A DNA stretch of 25,446 nt, taken from assembly GCA_013154145.1 (NCBI GenBank), contig JAADDC010000063.1, forward strand, positions 1-25,446. The letters run 5' to 3'. The notes under the pieces were generated by a model. That model did not search any database. It worked only from the letters and a program-made list of their open reading frames with translations, and was not told the origin of the DNA. Shown here one piece after another: positions 14,211 through 23,725 of this stretch. Positions within the stretch are counted from its first letter, which is position 1, and every line of letters begins with the position of its first letter. Source of the DNA: Candidatus Iainarchaeum sp. (GTDB taxonomy: Archaea > Iainarchaeota > Iainarchaeia > JAADDC01). Made by a program: the position numbers and the translations under genes.

Positions 14211-16021
14211 AGGAGGCGAAGGTCTACGTCAACGGTAGGCTCCTGGGCTTCCACCCCGAGCCCAAGAAGCTCGTGGAAGAGCTTCGAAAGAGGAGGAGGA
14301 GTGGTCAGATTCCTCCCTTCGTGTCCGTCACCTACTACGAGAACACCAACGAGGTTTACGTCTACACGGACGCCGGCAGACTGTCCCGTCCCCTCATCGT
14401 CGTCAAGAACGGCAAGCCCCTCCTCACCAAGACCCACCTGAAGATGATCAGGGAGGGGAAGCTCAAGTGGAGCGATCTAGTAAAACAAGGTATCATCGAG
14501 TACCTTGACCCCGAGGAGGAGGAGAACGCGTACATAGCCGTCTCCGAGGAGGAGCTCACCCCCGAGCACACTCACCTGGAGATTCACCCGGCCATCGTCC
14601 TGGGCTTCGGCGTGAACCTCATCCCCTGGCCCGAGAAGAACCTCACCACGAGGCTGCTCCACGGCGCCAAGATGGGCGACCAAGGCCTCGGCCTCTACGC
14701 CTCCAACTTCAGGATCCGCACGGATACCATGAGTTACGTCCTCTACTACCCCCAGAAGCCCATAGTGAGGACCCGGGTCTTCAAGTACGCCCACCTGGAC
14801 CGCCGGCCCTATGGCCAGAACATCGTGGTGGCGGTGATCCCCTACGAGGGCTACAACATGATGGACGCCATCATCATGAACAAGGACTCCATCGAGAGGG
14901 CCCTCTTCAGGGCCGTGTTCTTCAGGACCTACGAGGCGGTGGAGAGGAGGTACCCCGGCGGCCAGAGGGACCGCTTCGAGATACCCGACGAGAGCGTGAG
15001 CGGATACCTGGGAGAGGAGGCCTACCACGCCCTCGGCGAGGACGGCATCGCCATCCCCGAGACGAAGGTCAAGGGCGGTGACGCGCTGGTGGGAAGGACG
15101 TCTCCGCCAAGGTTCTTGGAGGACGTGGCCCACTTCGGCATCATGGAAGAACGGAGGAGGGAGAACTCCGTCCTCGTGAGGCCCGACGAGGAGGGCTACG
15201 TGGACACGGTGATGATCACCTCCGACGAGAACGGCCACAGGCTGGTGAAGATAAAGCTAAGGCAGGAGAAGATCCCCGAGATCGGCGACAAGTTCACGGC
15301 GAGGATGGGCCAGAAGGGTGTCATCGGCATGATCGTGCCCCAGGAGGACATGCCCTTCACGCCCCAGGGCGTGGTCCCTGACCTCATCTTCAACTCCCAC
15401 GCATTCATCTCGAGGATGACCGTCTCCTACGTCCTGGAGATCCTCGGCGCCAAGGCCGCCGCCCTGGAGGGCTGGGAGGAAGTGGACGCCACCATGGGCG
15501 AGGGCATGGACGCCGAGGACTTTGAGAAGGTTTTGAGGGCCCACGGATTCAGGAAGACGGGCAAGGAGATCCTCTATGATGGAAAGAGCGGCGAGGAGAT
15601 CGAGGCCGATATCTTCATCGGTCCCATTTACTATCTCCGGCTCAAGCACCTGGTGTCCCAGAAGTACCAGGCGAGGGCCAGGGGCCCCGTCCAGATACTC
15701 ACCCGGCAGCCCACGGAGGGGAGGTCCAGGGAGGGTGGCATCCGCTTCGGCGAGATGGAGAGGGACACCCTCATCGGCCACGGCGCCGCCCTCACCCTCT
15801 ACGAGAGGCTCGTGGAGGAGTCCGACAAGACCACCATACTCGTCTGTGAGAAGTGTGGCAACATCGGCGTGGACGACGCCATCAGGAAGAAGCGCTACTG
15901 TCCCGTCTGTGGATCCACGAAGGTCCACGAGGTGGACGTGTCCTACGCCTTCAAGCTGCTCCTGGATGAGCTCAAGTCGCTGGGCATATACCCCAAGCTA
16001 AAACTCAAGGACAAGGCGTGA
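14207..16021 (+). CDS. rpoB': RNA polymerase subunit Rpo2C (B')
   Basis: TDAGRLSRPL, EYLDPEEEEN, THLEIHP, GYNMMDA, GDKF..R.GQKG, DMPFT, SRMT, RGPVQILTRQPTEGRSREGGIRFGEMERD, C-terminal zinc ribbon and YAFKLLLDEL. Confidence 0.98.
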   Translation: MKEAKVYVNGRLLGFHPEPKKLVEELRKRRRSGQIPPFVSVTYYENTNEVYVYTDAGRLSRPLIVVKNGKPLLTKTHLKMIREGKLKWSDLVKQGIIEYLDPEEEENAYIAVSEEELTPEHTHLEIHPAIVLGFGVNLIPWPEKNLTTRLLHGAKMGDQGLGLYASNFRIRTDTMSYVLYYPQKPIVRTRVFKYAHLDRRPYGQNIVVAVIPYEGYNMMDAIIMNKDSIERALFRAVFFRTYEAVERRYPGGQRDRFEIPDESVSGYLGEEAYHALGEDGIAIPETKVKGGDALVGRTSPPRFLEDVAHFGIMEERRRENSVLVRPDEEGYVDTVMITSDENGHRLVKIKLRQEKIPEIGDKFTARMGQKGVIGMIVPQEDMPFTPQGVVPDLIFNSHAFISRMTVSYVLEILGAKAAALEGWEEVDATMGEGMDAEDFEKVLRAHGFRKTGKEILYDGKSGEEIEADIFIGPIYYLRLKHLVSQKYQARARGPVQILTRQPTEGRSREGGIRFGEMERDTLIGHGAALTLYERLVEESDKTTILVCEKCGNIGVDDAIRKKRYCPVCGSTKVHEVDVSYAFKLLLDELKSLGIYPKLKLKDKA

Positions 16022-16025
16022 GAGC

Positions 16026-18659
16026 ATGGTGAGGAAGAAGACCATAGGGGCCATCGAGTTTGGCATACTCTCCCCGGACATGATTAGAAAGATGAGCACC
16101 GTGGAGGTCACTGTCCCCGAGACCTACGACGCCGACGGCTTCCCCGTGGAAGGGGGCCTCATGGACCCGAGGATGGGCGTCGTGGACCCCGGGCTGAGGT
16201 GCAAGACCTGTGGCCAGAAGATGAACAAGTGTCCGGGCCACTTTGGCAGGATAGAGCTGGTGAGGCCCGTCATCCACACCGAGTACATCAAGTACGTGGA
16301 GGGCTTCCTGCAGGCCACCTGCGCCAAGTGTGGCAGGCTCGTCTTCTCCGACGAGACCATCGAGAAGGTCAAGAAGAAGTACCCGCCCAAGATGAGGTTC
16401 AAGTACTTCGTGAAGAAGGGGGCGGAGGTGCGGAAGTGTCCCCACTGTGGCTACGAGAGGCCCAAGATCAAGTTCGAGAAGCCCTACAACTTCTTCGAGA
16501 TCACCGGGGAGGAGGAGAAGAAGATATGGCCCACGGAGATCCGCGAGCGCTTCGAGCGCATCCCCGACAAGGACGTGGAGGCCATGGGCTTCAACCCCAA
16601 CAAGTTTAGGCCCGAGTGGCTCATCCTCACGGTCCTTCCCGTTCCGCCCGTCACCATTAGACCTTCCATCATCCTCGAGACCGGCGAGAGGGCCGAGGAC
16701 GACCTCACCCACAAGCTGGCGGACATCGTCTACACCAACCAGCGCCTGAAGGAGAACATCGACGCCGGCGCTCCCCAGCTCATCATCGAGGACCTCTGGG
16801 ACCTGCTCCAGTATCACGTGACCACCTTCTTCAACAACGAGGCCCCCGGCGTTCCGCCCTCCCGGCACCGCTCCGGCAGGCCCCTCAAGACCCTCGTCCA
16901 GAGACTTAAAGGTAAGGAGGGCCGCTTCCGCTACAACCTCTCCGGAAAGAGGGTGAACTTCGCCGGGAGGACCGTCATCTCCCCTGACATCAAGATCTCC
17001 GTGGGAGAGGTGGGCGTTCCCCAGATCATGGCCGAGGAGATCACCGTCCCCGTCCACGTCACCGAGTGGAACATCGACGAAGTGAAGGAGTACATCAAGC
17101 GGGACGAGTACCCGAGGGCCCTCTACATCATAAGGCCCAACGGCACCCGGAAGCGCATCACGCCCGACAACAGGGAGGACATACTGGAGGAGCTCGCCCC
17201 CGGTTACATCGTGGAGAGGCAGGTGGTGGACGGCGACATCGCCCTCTTCAACAGGCAGCCCTCCCTCCACAGGGTTTCTCTCATGGCCCACAGGGTGAGG
17301 GTGCTCCCCGGCCGCACCCTCAGGATCAATCCCCTGGCAAACAAGCCCTACAACGCCGACTTCGACGGCGACGAGATGAACATACACTTCGTCCAGACGA
17401 AGGACGCCCAGACCGAGTCGAGAGAACTAGTGGCCGTCAAGTACAACATGATTTCTCCCCGCCACGGGAGGATACTGGTCACCGCCGACGAGGACGCCCT
17501 CACGGGCATGTTCCTCCTCACGTGGAAGGACACGAAGCTCACGAAGGAGCAGGCCGCCGAGCTCCTCTACGCCATCGGCATAACGGAGCTCCCGGAGCCC
17601 GACGAGGACGGCCTCATATCCGGCAAGAAGATCTTCTCTATGCTCCTGCCCAAGGACATGAACATCGAGTTCCCCACCAAGCTCTGCGAGTACGCCAAGA
17701 AGTTTGGCTACTGCGAGGACTGCCGCAACTGTGACCTGGAGACCTACGTGGTCATCAAGGACGGGGAGCTGCTGAAGGGCGTCATAGACGAGGAGGCCAT
17801 AGGCACCAAGGGCAAGATCATCCACTACATCTACAGGGTTTACGGGCCCGAGGAGGCCGAGCGCTTCGTCAACCGCATCGGCATACTCTCCACCATGGCC
17901 ATCAAGATGCTGGGCTTCACCATCTCCTACGAGGAGCTCAAGATCGACGAGGAGACCAAGAAGAAGATCGAGCAGATCATCGAGGAGGGCGAGAAGAAGG
18001 CCCTCGAGTACATAGAGCTCTACAAGAAGGGCAAGCTGGAGCCCATACCCGGCTTCTCCGAGGAGGAGAGCCTCGAGCTTTACATCATCCAGTCCCTGGA
18101 GGAGGCCAGGAAGAAGGTGACGGCCATCGTGGTGAAGGAGAAGTTCGAGGACTTCCTCAAGAACCCGGCCACCGCCCAGGGCTTCGTGATGATCATCTCC
18201 GGTGCCCGTGGTAAGGTCTCCAACATCATCAACCTGGTGGCCTTCCAGGGACAGGCCTACGTCAGGGAGAAGCGTCCCCACAGGGGCTTCATGGGGAGGG
18301 TGACCGCCCACTTCAAGCCCGGGGACATCTCCCCCAGGGCCAGGGGCTTCGTGAAGCGCTCCCTCAGGGAGGGCCTCGGCATGCTGGACATCTTCTTCTG
18401 GGGCATGGGCGGCAGGATCGGAGAGGTGGACAAGGGTGTGTCCACCCAGATCTCCGGCTACTACTACAGGCGCCTCTCCAACGCCCTCATGGACGTCATC
18501 GTCTTCCCCGACGGCACCCTCAGGGAGGTCACCAACGACGCCCTCATCGCCTACCGCTTCGGCGACGACGGCATGAACCCCATGGCGGCCCTCGACGGAA
18601 AGCTGCCCCTGGATATCCTCTACGCCAAGATGAAAAAGCTGAAGGGTGAGAAGAAATGA
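16026..18659 (+). CDS. rpoA': RNA polymerase subunit Rpo1N (A')
   Basis: CKTCG...CPGHFG, RLKGKEGRFRYNLSGKRVNF, FNRQPSLHRVS, catalytic YNADFDGDEMN (17349-17372), bridge-helix region near 18390-18490. Confidence 0.98.
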   Translation: MVRKKTIGAIEFGILSPDMIRKMSTVEVTVPETYDADGFPVEGGLMDPRMGVVDPGLRCKTCGQKMNKCPGHFGRIELVRPVIHTEYIKYVEGFLQATCAKCGRLVFSDETIEKVKKKYPPKMRFKYFVKKGAEVRKCPHCGYERPKIKFEKPYNFFEITGEEEKKIWPTEIRERFERIPDKDVEAMGFNPNKFRPEWLILTVLPVPPVTIRPSIILETGERAEDDLTHKLADIVYTNQRLKENIDAGAPQLIIEDLWDLLQYHVTTFFNNEAPGVPPSRHRSGRPLKTLVQRLKGKEGRFRYNLSGKRVNFAGRTVISPDIKISVGEVGVPQIMAEEITVPVHVTEWNIDEVKEYIKRDEYPRALYIIRPNGTRKRITPDNREDILEELAPGYIVERQVVDGDIALFNRQPSLHRVSLMAHRVRVLPGRTLRINPLANKPYNADFDGDEMNIHFVQTKDAQTESRELVAVKYNMISPRHGRILVTADEDALTGMFLLTWKDTKLTKEQAAELLYAIGITELPEPDEDGLISGKKIFSMLLPKDMNIEFPTKLCEYAKKFGYCEDCRNCDLETYVVIKDGELLKGVIDEEAIGTKGKIIHYIYRVYGPEEAERFVNRIGILSTMAIKMLGFTISYEELKIDEETKKKIEQIIEEGEKKALEYIELYKKGKLEPIPGFSEEESLELYIIQSLEEARKKVTAIVVKEKFEDFLKNPATAQGFVMIISGARGKVSNIINLVAFQGQAYVREKRPHRGFMGRVTAHFKPGDISPRARGFVKRSLREGLGMLDIFFWGMGGRIGEVDKGVSTQISGYYYRRLSNALMDVIVFPDGTLREVTNDALIAYRFGDDGMNPMAALDGKLPLDILYAKMKKLKGEKK

Positions 18660-19756
18660 CGCTCCCCGAGTACATAAAGGAGTACGTGGCCGAGTGGGCC
18701 AAGGAAAGGGGCTTAAAGAAAAAGGAGATCGAGGAGTTCCTCAAGTTCCTGGAGGAGTACATAAGGGAGAATGCCGTGGACCCCTGGGAGGCCATAGGCA
18801 TCGTCACGGCCCAGTCCCTGGGTGAGCCCGCAACCCAGGCAACCCTCAGGACCTTCCACATGGCCGGATCGGCCGAGGTCTCCGTGGCGTCGGGTATGGA
18901 CCGCATCCTGGAGATTGTAGATGGGTTGAAGAAGATCCAGACCCCCGTCATGTACGTTTACCTCAACCCGCCCTACAACAAGGACGAGGAGAAGGCCCGG
19001 GAGTTCGCCCGCTCCCTGGAGGAGATCATCGTCTCGGACATCGCCGTGGTGAAGGAGGACTTCGTGAAGAAGACCATCACCATCGTCTTCAACAAGAAGG
19101 AGATCGAGCGCAGGGGCGTGGACATCAAGGCGGTGATCAAGAAGATCGAGGGGAAGGTGAAGGGGAGCTTCGACGAGAAGAAGTACGTCTACAAGATACA
19201 GCTGCCCAAGGACATGCCCCTCATGAAGATGCGCAAACTGGCCCAGTCCCTCGAAAGGTTGCAGATCTCTGGCCTGAAGGGCATAAAGAGGGCGCTGGTG
19301 AAGAAGGAGGGCGACGAGTTCATCATCACCACCTCCGGCACCAACCTCAAGGCGATATTAAAGAAGAAGGAGGTGGACCACACCAGGACCTACTCCAACA
19401 ACATACACGAGGTGGCGGAGGTTCTGGGCATAGAGGCGGCCCGCTACCTCATCATAGAGGAGCTCTACAAGGCCTACATGGGTGCAAAGCTCCTGGTTGA
19501 CAAGCGACACCTGGCCCTGGTAGCCGACGCCATGACCGCCCGGGGGGTCATCACCCCCATCGGAAGGACGGGCATAGCCGGCCGCAAGGGCTCCGTCCTC
19601 GCCAGGGCTGCCTTCGAGGAGACCAACAAGCACCTGGTGGAGGCCAGCGCCTGGAACGAGGTTGACCATTTAAAGGGTATCGTGGAGAATCTAATCGTTG
19701 GTCTGCCCATCAAGGCAGGCACGGGCAGGGTCAAGCTGAAGATGAAGCTCAGGTGA
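18656..19756 (+). CDS. rpoA'': RNA polymerase subunit Rpo1C (A'')
   Basis: EAIGIVTAQSLGEPATQ.TLRTFH.AG, TP.M.VYL, NNIHEVAEVLGIEAAR, RHLALVADAMT, SVLARAAFEE, VENLIVG. Confidence 0.97.
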   Translation: MTLPEYIKEYVAEWAKERGLKKKEIEEFLKFLEEYIRENAVDPWEAIGIVTAQSLGEPATQATLRTFHMAGSAEVSVASGMDRILEIVDGLKKIQTPVMYVYLNPPYNKDEEKAREFARSLEEIIVSDIAVVKEDFVKKTITIVFNKKEIERRGVDIKAVIKKIEGKVKGSFDEKKYVYKIQLPKDMPLMKMRKLAQSLERLQISGLKGIKRALVKKEGDEFIITTSGTNLKAILKKKEVDHTRTYSNNIHEVAEVLGIEAARYLIIEELYKAYMGAKLLVDKRHLALVADAMTARGVITPIGRTGIAGRKGSVLARAAFEETNKHLVEASAWNEVDHLKGIVENLIVGLPIKAGTGRVKLKMKLR

Positions 19757-19760
19757 TGCC

Positions 19761-20069
19761 ATGGACATAGGTTTCCAGCTGAAGAGGGCCATGGAAACGG
19801 GGGACGTGAAGCTGGGCTTCAGGAGCGTCGAGAAGTCCCTCCTCAACGGCCGCTCCAAGCTCATCATCATGGCTGAGCGCGTTCCCGAGCGCATAAAGAT
19901 GAGGATCACGCACCTGGCCAAGGTTGCCAACGTTCCCGTTTATGTGTTCAAGGGCGGCTCCCTGGACCTGGGGGAGCTGGCTGGACGGCCCCACTTCGTG
20001 GCAGTCATCTCCATCGACGATCCCGGGGATTCAAGCATACTGGAGCTGGCCAAGGAGGTCACATCGTGA
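19761..20069 (+). CDS. rpl30e: 50S ribosomal protein L30e
   Basis: ETG.VKLG......L..G..KLIIMA...P...G.SLDLG...GRPH.V....I.DPGDS.I; canonical position after rpoA''. Confidence 0.95.
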   Translation: MDIGFQLKRAMETGDVKLGFRSVEKSLLNGRSKLIIMAERVPERIKMRITHLAKVANVPVYVFKGGSLDLGELAGRPHFVAVISIDDPGDSSILELAKEVTS

Positions 20070-20482
20070 GGCTGACGACGGACCAGATACGGATGATGGC
20101 AGCCTTTGAGTCGGTCACCGGGGTACTGGCCCGGGACTGCATCTTCGATGATAGGAGTGCGGTTTTTGTGGTGGACGAGCGATCCGTCGGAAAGGCCGTC
20201 GGAAAGAAGGGGCAGAACGTGAAGAAGTTGCAGAACCTCCTCAATCGAAGGGTGGAGGTCATAGGCTACTCCGACGACCCCGTGAGATTCCTTAAAAACA
20301 TTTTCCACCCTGCACATATCTTAGCCGTTAACGTGATAGACAAGAACGGCAAGAAGATTGCCCGCGTTCACATCGATAAAGAAAGCAAAAGGATATTTGA
20401 GCGCAAGATCGAGTCGAGGATGAAGATCGCAAAGACCCTTGCCAAGCGGTACTTCAACATTGACAATGTGGTGGTGATGTAA
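20066..20482 (+). CDS. nusA: Archaeal NusA (KH domains)
   Basis: FESVTG...RDC...VFVV...GKAVGKKGQNVKKL...L.RRVEVI.YSDDP..FL.NIF.P; canonical position. Confidence 0.95.
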   Translation: MRLTTDQIRMMAAFESVTGVLARDCIFDDRSAVFVVDERSVGKAVGKKGQNVKKLQNLLNRRVEVIGYSDDPVRFLKNIFHPAHILAVNVIDKNGKKIARVHIDKESKRIFERKIESRMKIAKTLAKRYFNIDNVVVM

Positions 20483-20913
20483 TGGGGAAGGGTGAGTTCG
20501 GAGCCGCCAAGCTCATCAAGGACCGGAAGAAGTGGCGGAAGAAGGACCGCCACTACAGGAAGTACAAGCTGTTCAACTGGCTGAAGAAGTACGATCCCCT
20601 GGAAGGGGCGCCCATGGCAAGGGCCATCGTTCTCGAGAAGCGTGAAGTGGAGCAGAAGCAGCCCCACTCCGGTCTCATCAAGGCTGTCAGGGTTCAGATC
20701 ATCAAGAACGGCAGGGAGGTCACCGCCCACGTCCCCAGGAACAACGCCATCAAGTACGTGGACGAGCACGACGAGGTGATCATCGAGTCCCTGGGCGGTT
20801 CCCAGAGGGGTCCCATCGGCTCCATGTGGGGCATCAAGTTCAGGGTCATCATGGTGAACGGCATCTCCCTGGAGATGCTGAGGACCGGCCGCAAGGAGAA
20901 GCCCAGGAGATGA
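20482..20913 (+). CDS. rps12: 30S ribosomal protein uS12 (S12P/S23e)
   Basis: G.FGAAKL...RKKWR, DPLEGAPMARAIVLEK..VE.KQP, VRVQIIKNG, DEHDEV, VNGISL. Confidence 0.96.
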   Translation: MGKGEFGAAKLIKDRKKWRKKDRHYRKYKLFNWLKKYDPLEGAPMARAIVLEKREVEQKQPHSGLIKAVRVQIIKNGREVTAHVPRNNAIKYVDEHDEVIIESLGGSQRGPIGSMWGIKFRVIMVNGISLEMLRTGRKEKPRR

Positions 20914-20917
20914 TACC

Positions 20918-21517
20918 ATGAAGGTCTTTGGACGCTGGCCCACGGAGGGAGTGACCGTCAACGACATCTCCCTGGCACCCTACATCAACCTTAACTGCAT
21001 GATCATCCCCCACTCCCACGGTCGATTTGCCAAGAAGCGCTTCGGGAGGAAGAACGTCTGCATCGTGGAGAGACTTATCAATAAGATCATGAGGAGCGGG
21101 CAGGGCTCCCGTAAGGTGGCCGGCCGCTTCATCCGCGGCAGGGACAACACGGGCAAGAAGCTGTTGGCCATGAAGATCGTCGAGAAGGCCTTCGAGATCG
21201 TGGAGGAGAGGACCAAGAAGAACCCCATTCAGGTTCTGGTGGACGCCGTCATCAACGCCGGCCCCAGGGAGGACGTGGTGAGGGTCCAGATGGGTGGCGT
21301 GATCATCCCCGTGGCCGTGGACGTCTCTCCCCTGAAGAGGCTGGACGTGGCCCTCAAGAACATCGCCCTGGCGGCCTTCTACAAGTCCTTCAACAACAAG
21401 ACCCCCGTGTGGGAAGCTCTGGCTGAGGAGCTCATTCTCGCCTCCCAGAACGACCCGCAGAGCTTTGCGGTGTCCCGTAGGGAGGAGATCGAGCGCATAG
21501 CAAGGGCGTCGAGGTGA
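20918..21517 (+). CDS. rps7: 30S ribosomal protein uS7
   Basis: KVFGRW...V.V.D.SL..YI, PHSHGRFAKKRF, IVERLINK.MR, NPIQVLVDAVINAGPRED, VDVSP..R, EE.ERIA.ASR. Confidence 0.97.
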   Translation: MKVFGRWPTEGVTVNDISLAPYINLNCMIIPHSHGRFAKKRFGRKNVCIVERLINKIMRSGQGSRKVAGRFIRGRDNTGKKLLAMKIVEKAFEIVEERTKKNPIQVLVDAVINAGPREDVVRVQMGGVIIPVAVDVSPLKRLDVALKNIALAAFYKSFNNKTPVWEALAEELILASQNDPQSFAVSRREEIERIARASR

Positions 21518-21521
21518 TGAG

Positions 21522-23711
21522 ATGGGCAAGCTCGAGGAGGTTGCGGCGAGGATACAGAAGGTCATGAGGGAGAGGGAGAGGATAAGGAACATCGGCATAG
21601 TGGCCCACATTGACCACGGCAAGACCACCCTCACGGACAACCTCGTGGCCGCAGGTGGCCTCATGAGCGAGGAGCTGGCGGGCAAGCAGCTCATGCTCGA
21701 CTTCTACGAGCCCGAGAGGGAGAGGGGCATCACCATCATGGCCGCCAACATCTCCATCGTTTACGATCTAGATGGCAAGGACTACCTGGTCAACATCATA
21801 GACACTCCCGGCCACGTGGACTTCGCCGGCGAGGTCGTGAGGGCCATGAGGGCCGTAGACGGCGTCATACTCGTCGTGGACGCCGTTGAGGGCGTGATGC
21901 CCCAGACGGAGACGGTGCTCCGAATGGCCCTGAAGGAGAGGGTCAAGCCCGTCCTCTTCATCAACAAGGTGGACCGCCTCATCAACGAGCTCCAGCTGGA
22001 GCCCCAGGCCATGCAGGAGCGCTTCGTCAAGATCATCAACGACGTAAACAACCTTATTTACAAGTATGCCCCCGAGGAGTTCAGGGACAAGTGGCAGGTG
22101 AGCGTCCAGGACGGCAGCGTCGCCTTCGGCTCGGCTTACCACAACTGGGCCCTCTCGGTTCCCTACTCCAAGATCTCGGGCATCACCTTCAAGGATGTTT
22201 ACGAATATCTGAAGAGTGGTAACCAGAAGGAGCTGGCCAAGAAGTCCCCCCTCTACGACGTGGTCATCCGCATGGTGATTCAACATCTCCCGGACCCCGT
22301 CACCGCCCAGAGGTACAGGATACCCCACCTCTGGCCCGGCGACATTAACTCCGAGATCGGCCAGGCCATGCTCAACTGTGATCCCAACGGGAAGTTGGTG
22401 ATGGTCATCACGGACGTCTCCGTGGACCCCCACGCCGGTGAGGTCGCCACGGGAAGGGTCTTCTCCGGCACCCTCAAGAGGGGCATGAAGGTGAAGATGA
22501 TTGGCAACAAGACGGAGGCCACCGTGCAGCAGATCTCCATCTACATGGGCCCCCACAGGCTGAGGGTGGAGGAGATCCCCGCCGGCAACATCGCCGCCAT
22601 CGTGGGGCTCAAGGACGTCTGGGCCGGCGAGACCCTCGCCGAGGAGGAGATTCCTCCTTTCGAGTCCTTCAAGACGAACCTGGAGCCCGTCATCTCCGCC
22701 GCCGTCGAGGCCAAGAACATGAAGGACATCGCCAAGCTCGGCGAGGTCCTCCGCAAGATCATGAAGGAGGATCCCAGCGTGCGGGTGGAGATGAACCAGG
22801 AGACGGGCGAGTACGTCGTCTCGGGCATGGGTGAGCTCCACCTGGAGATCATCAAGTACCGCATCGAGAACGACTACGGGATTCCCGTCAACATGAGCCC
22901 GCCCACGGTGGTTTACAGGGAGGGTGTAGGCAAGAAGTCCGAGACGGTGGAGTCCAAGTCTCCCAACCGTCACAACAAGTTTTATATTCACGTGGAACCC
23001 CTCGAGGAGGGCGTCCTCAAGGCCATTCTCGAGGGAGAGATCCCGCAGGGCAAGTACAAGGAGAAGCAGCACGTGGACAAGCTGGTGGCCGCAGGCATGG
23101 ACCCCGAGGACGCCAAGAACGTCTGGGCAGTCTACAACGGCAACGTATTCGTGGACAGGACCAGGGGTGTGCAGTACCTCCACGAGACCAAGGAGCTCAT
23201 CATACAGGCCTTCCAGGAGGCCATGGACGACGGTCCCCTGGCCAGGGAGAAGGTCATGGGCGTGAAGGTGGTCCTGGACGACGCCGTCCTCCACGAGGAC
23301 GCCGTCCACAGGGGACCGGCCCAGGTGATACCCGCTGTCAAGAGGGGTATATACGCCGCCATGCTCAAGGCGGACCCCTTCCTCTGGGAGCCCAAGCAGT
23401 ACGTGTACATAACGGTGCCCCAGGAGTACATGGGCGATGTCAACAGGGAGCTCCAGATGAGGAGGGCCCAGATCGAGGAGATACGCAGCGAGGGCGAGTC
23501 CATCATCATAAAGGCAAAGGTACCAGTGAGGGAGATGATTGGGTTCTCCGCCGCCCTGCGCTCTGCCACCCAGGGCAGGGCCATCTGGACCTACGAGTTC
23601 GCTGGATATGAGCGGGTTCCACGTGAACTTCAGGATGAGATAGTTAAGGAAGTTAGAACCCGGAAGGGTGAGTCCCCAGAACCGCCCAAGCCGGAAGACT
23701 TCCTTGAGTGA
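21522..23711 (+). CDS. fusA: Translation elongation factor EF-2
   Basis: [56 protein letters not shown], diphthamide-loop [18 protein letters not shown]. Confidence 0.98.
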   Translation: MGKLEEVAARIQKVMRERERIRNIGIVAHIDHGKTTLTDNLVAAGGLMSEELAGKQLMLDFYEPERERGITIMAANISIVYDLDGKDYLVNIIDTPGHVDFAGEVVRAMRAVDGVILVVDAVEGVMPQTETVLRMALKERVKPVLFINKVDRLINELQLEPQAMQERFVKIINDVNNLIYKYAPEEFRDKWQVSVQDGSVAFGSAYHNWALSVPYSKISGITFKDVYEYLKSGNQKELAKKSPLYDVVIRMVIQHLPDPVTAQRYRIPHLWPGDINSEIGQAMLNCDPNGKLVMVITDVSVDPHAGEVATGRVFSGTLKRGMKVKMIGNKTEATVQQISIYMGPHRLRVEEIPAGNIAAIVGLKDVWAGETLAEEEIPPFESFKTNLEPVISAAVEAKNMKDIAKLGEVLRKIMKEDPSVRVEMNQETGEYVVSGMGELHLEIIKYRIENDYGIPVNMSPPTVVYREGVGKKSETVESKSPNRHNKFYIHVEPLEEGVLKAILEGEIPQGKYKEKQHVDKLVAAGMDPEDAKNVWAVYNGNVFVDRTRGVQYLHETKELIIQAFQEAMDDGPLAREKVMGVKVVLDDAVLHEDAVHRGPAQVIPAVKRGIYAAMLKADPFLWEPKQYVYITVPQEYMGDVNRELQMRRAQIEEIRSEGESIIIKAKVPVREMIGFSAALRSATQGRAIWTYEFAGYERVPRELQDEIVKEVRTRKGESPEPPKPEDFLE

Positions 23712-23725
23712 AGGAGGTGAGTAGA

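Noticed and set aside
14180-14230. Frameshift or pseudogenisation splitting rpoB (likewise rpoA at 18656)
   Set aside because: B''/B' and A'/A'' splits with ATGA overlaps at these positions are the normal arrangement in many Euryarchaeota and DPANN.
2915-23711. Inteins in Hel308, Cdc6, RNAP subunits or EF-2
   Set aside because: All proteins are normal length, with no C/S...HN-C/S/T insertion or LAGLIDADG motifs.
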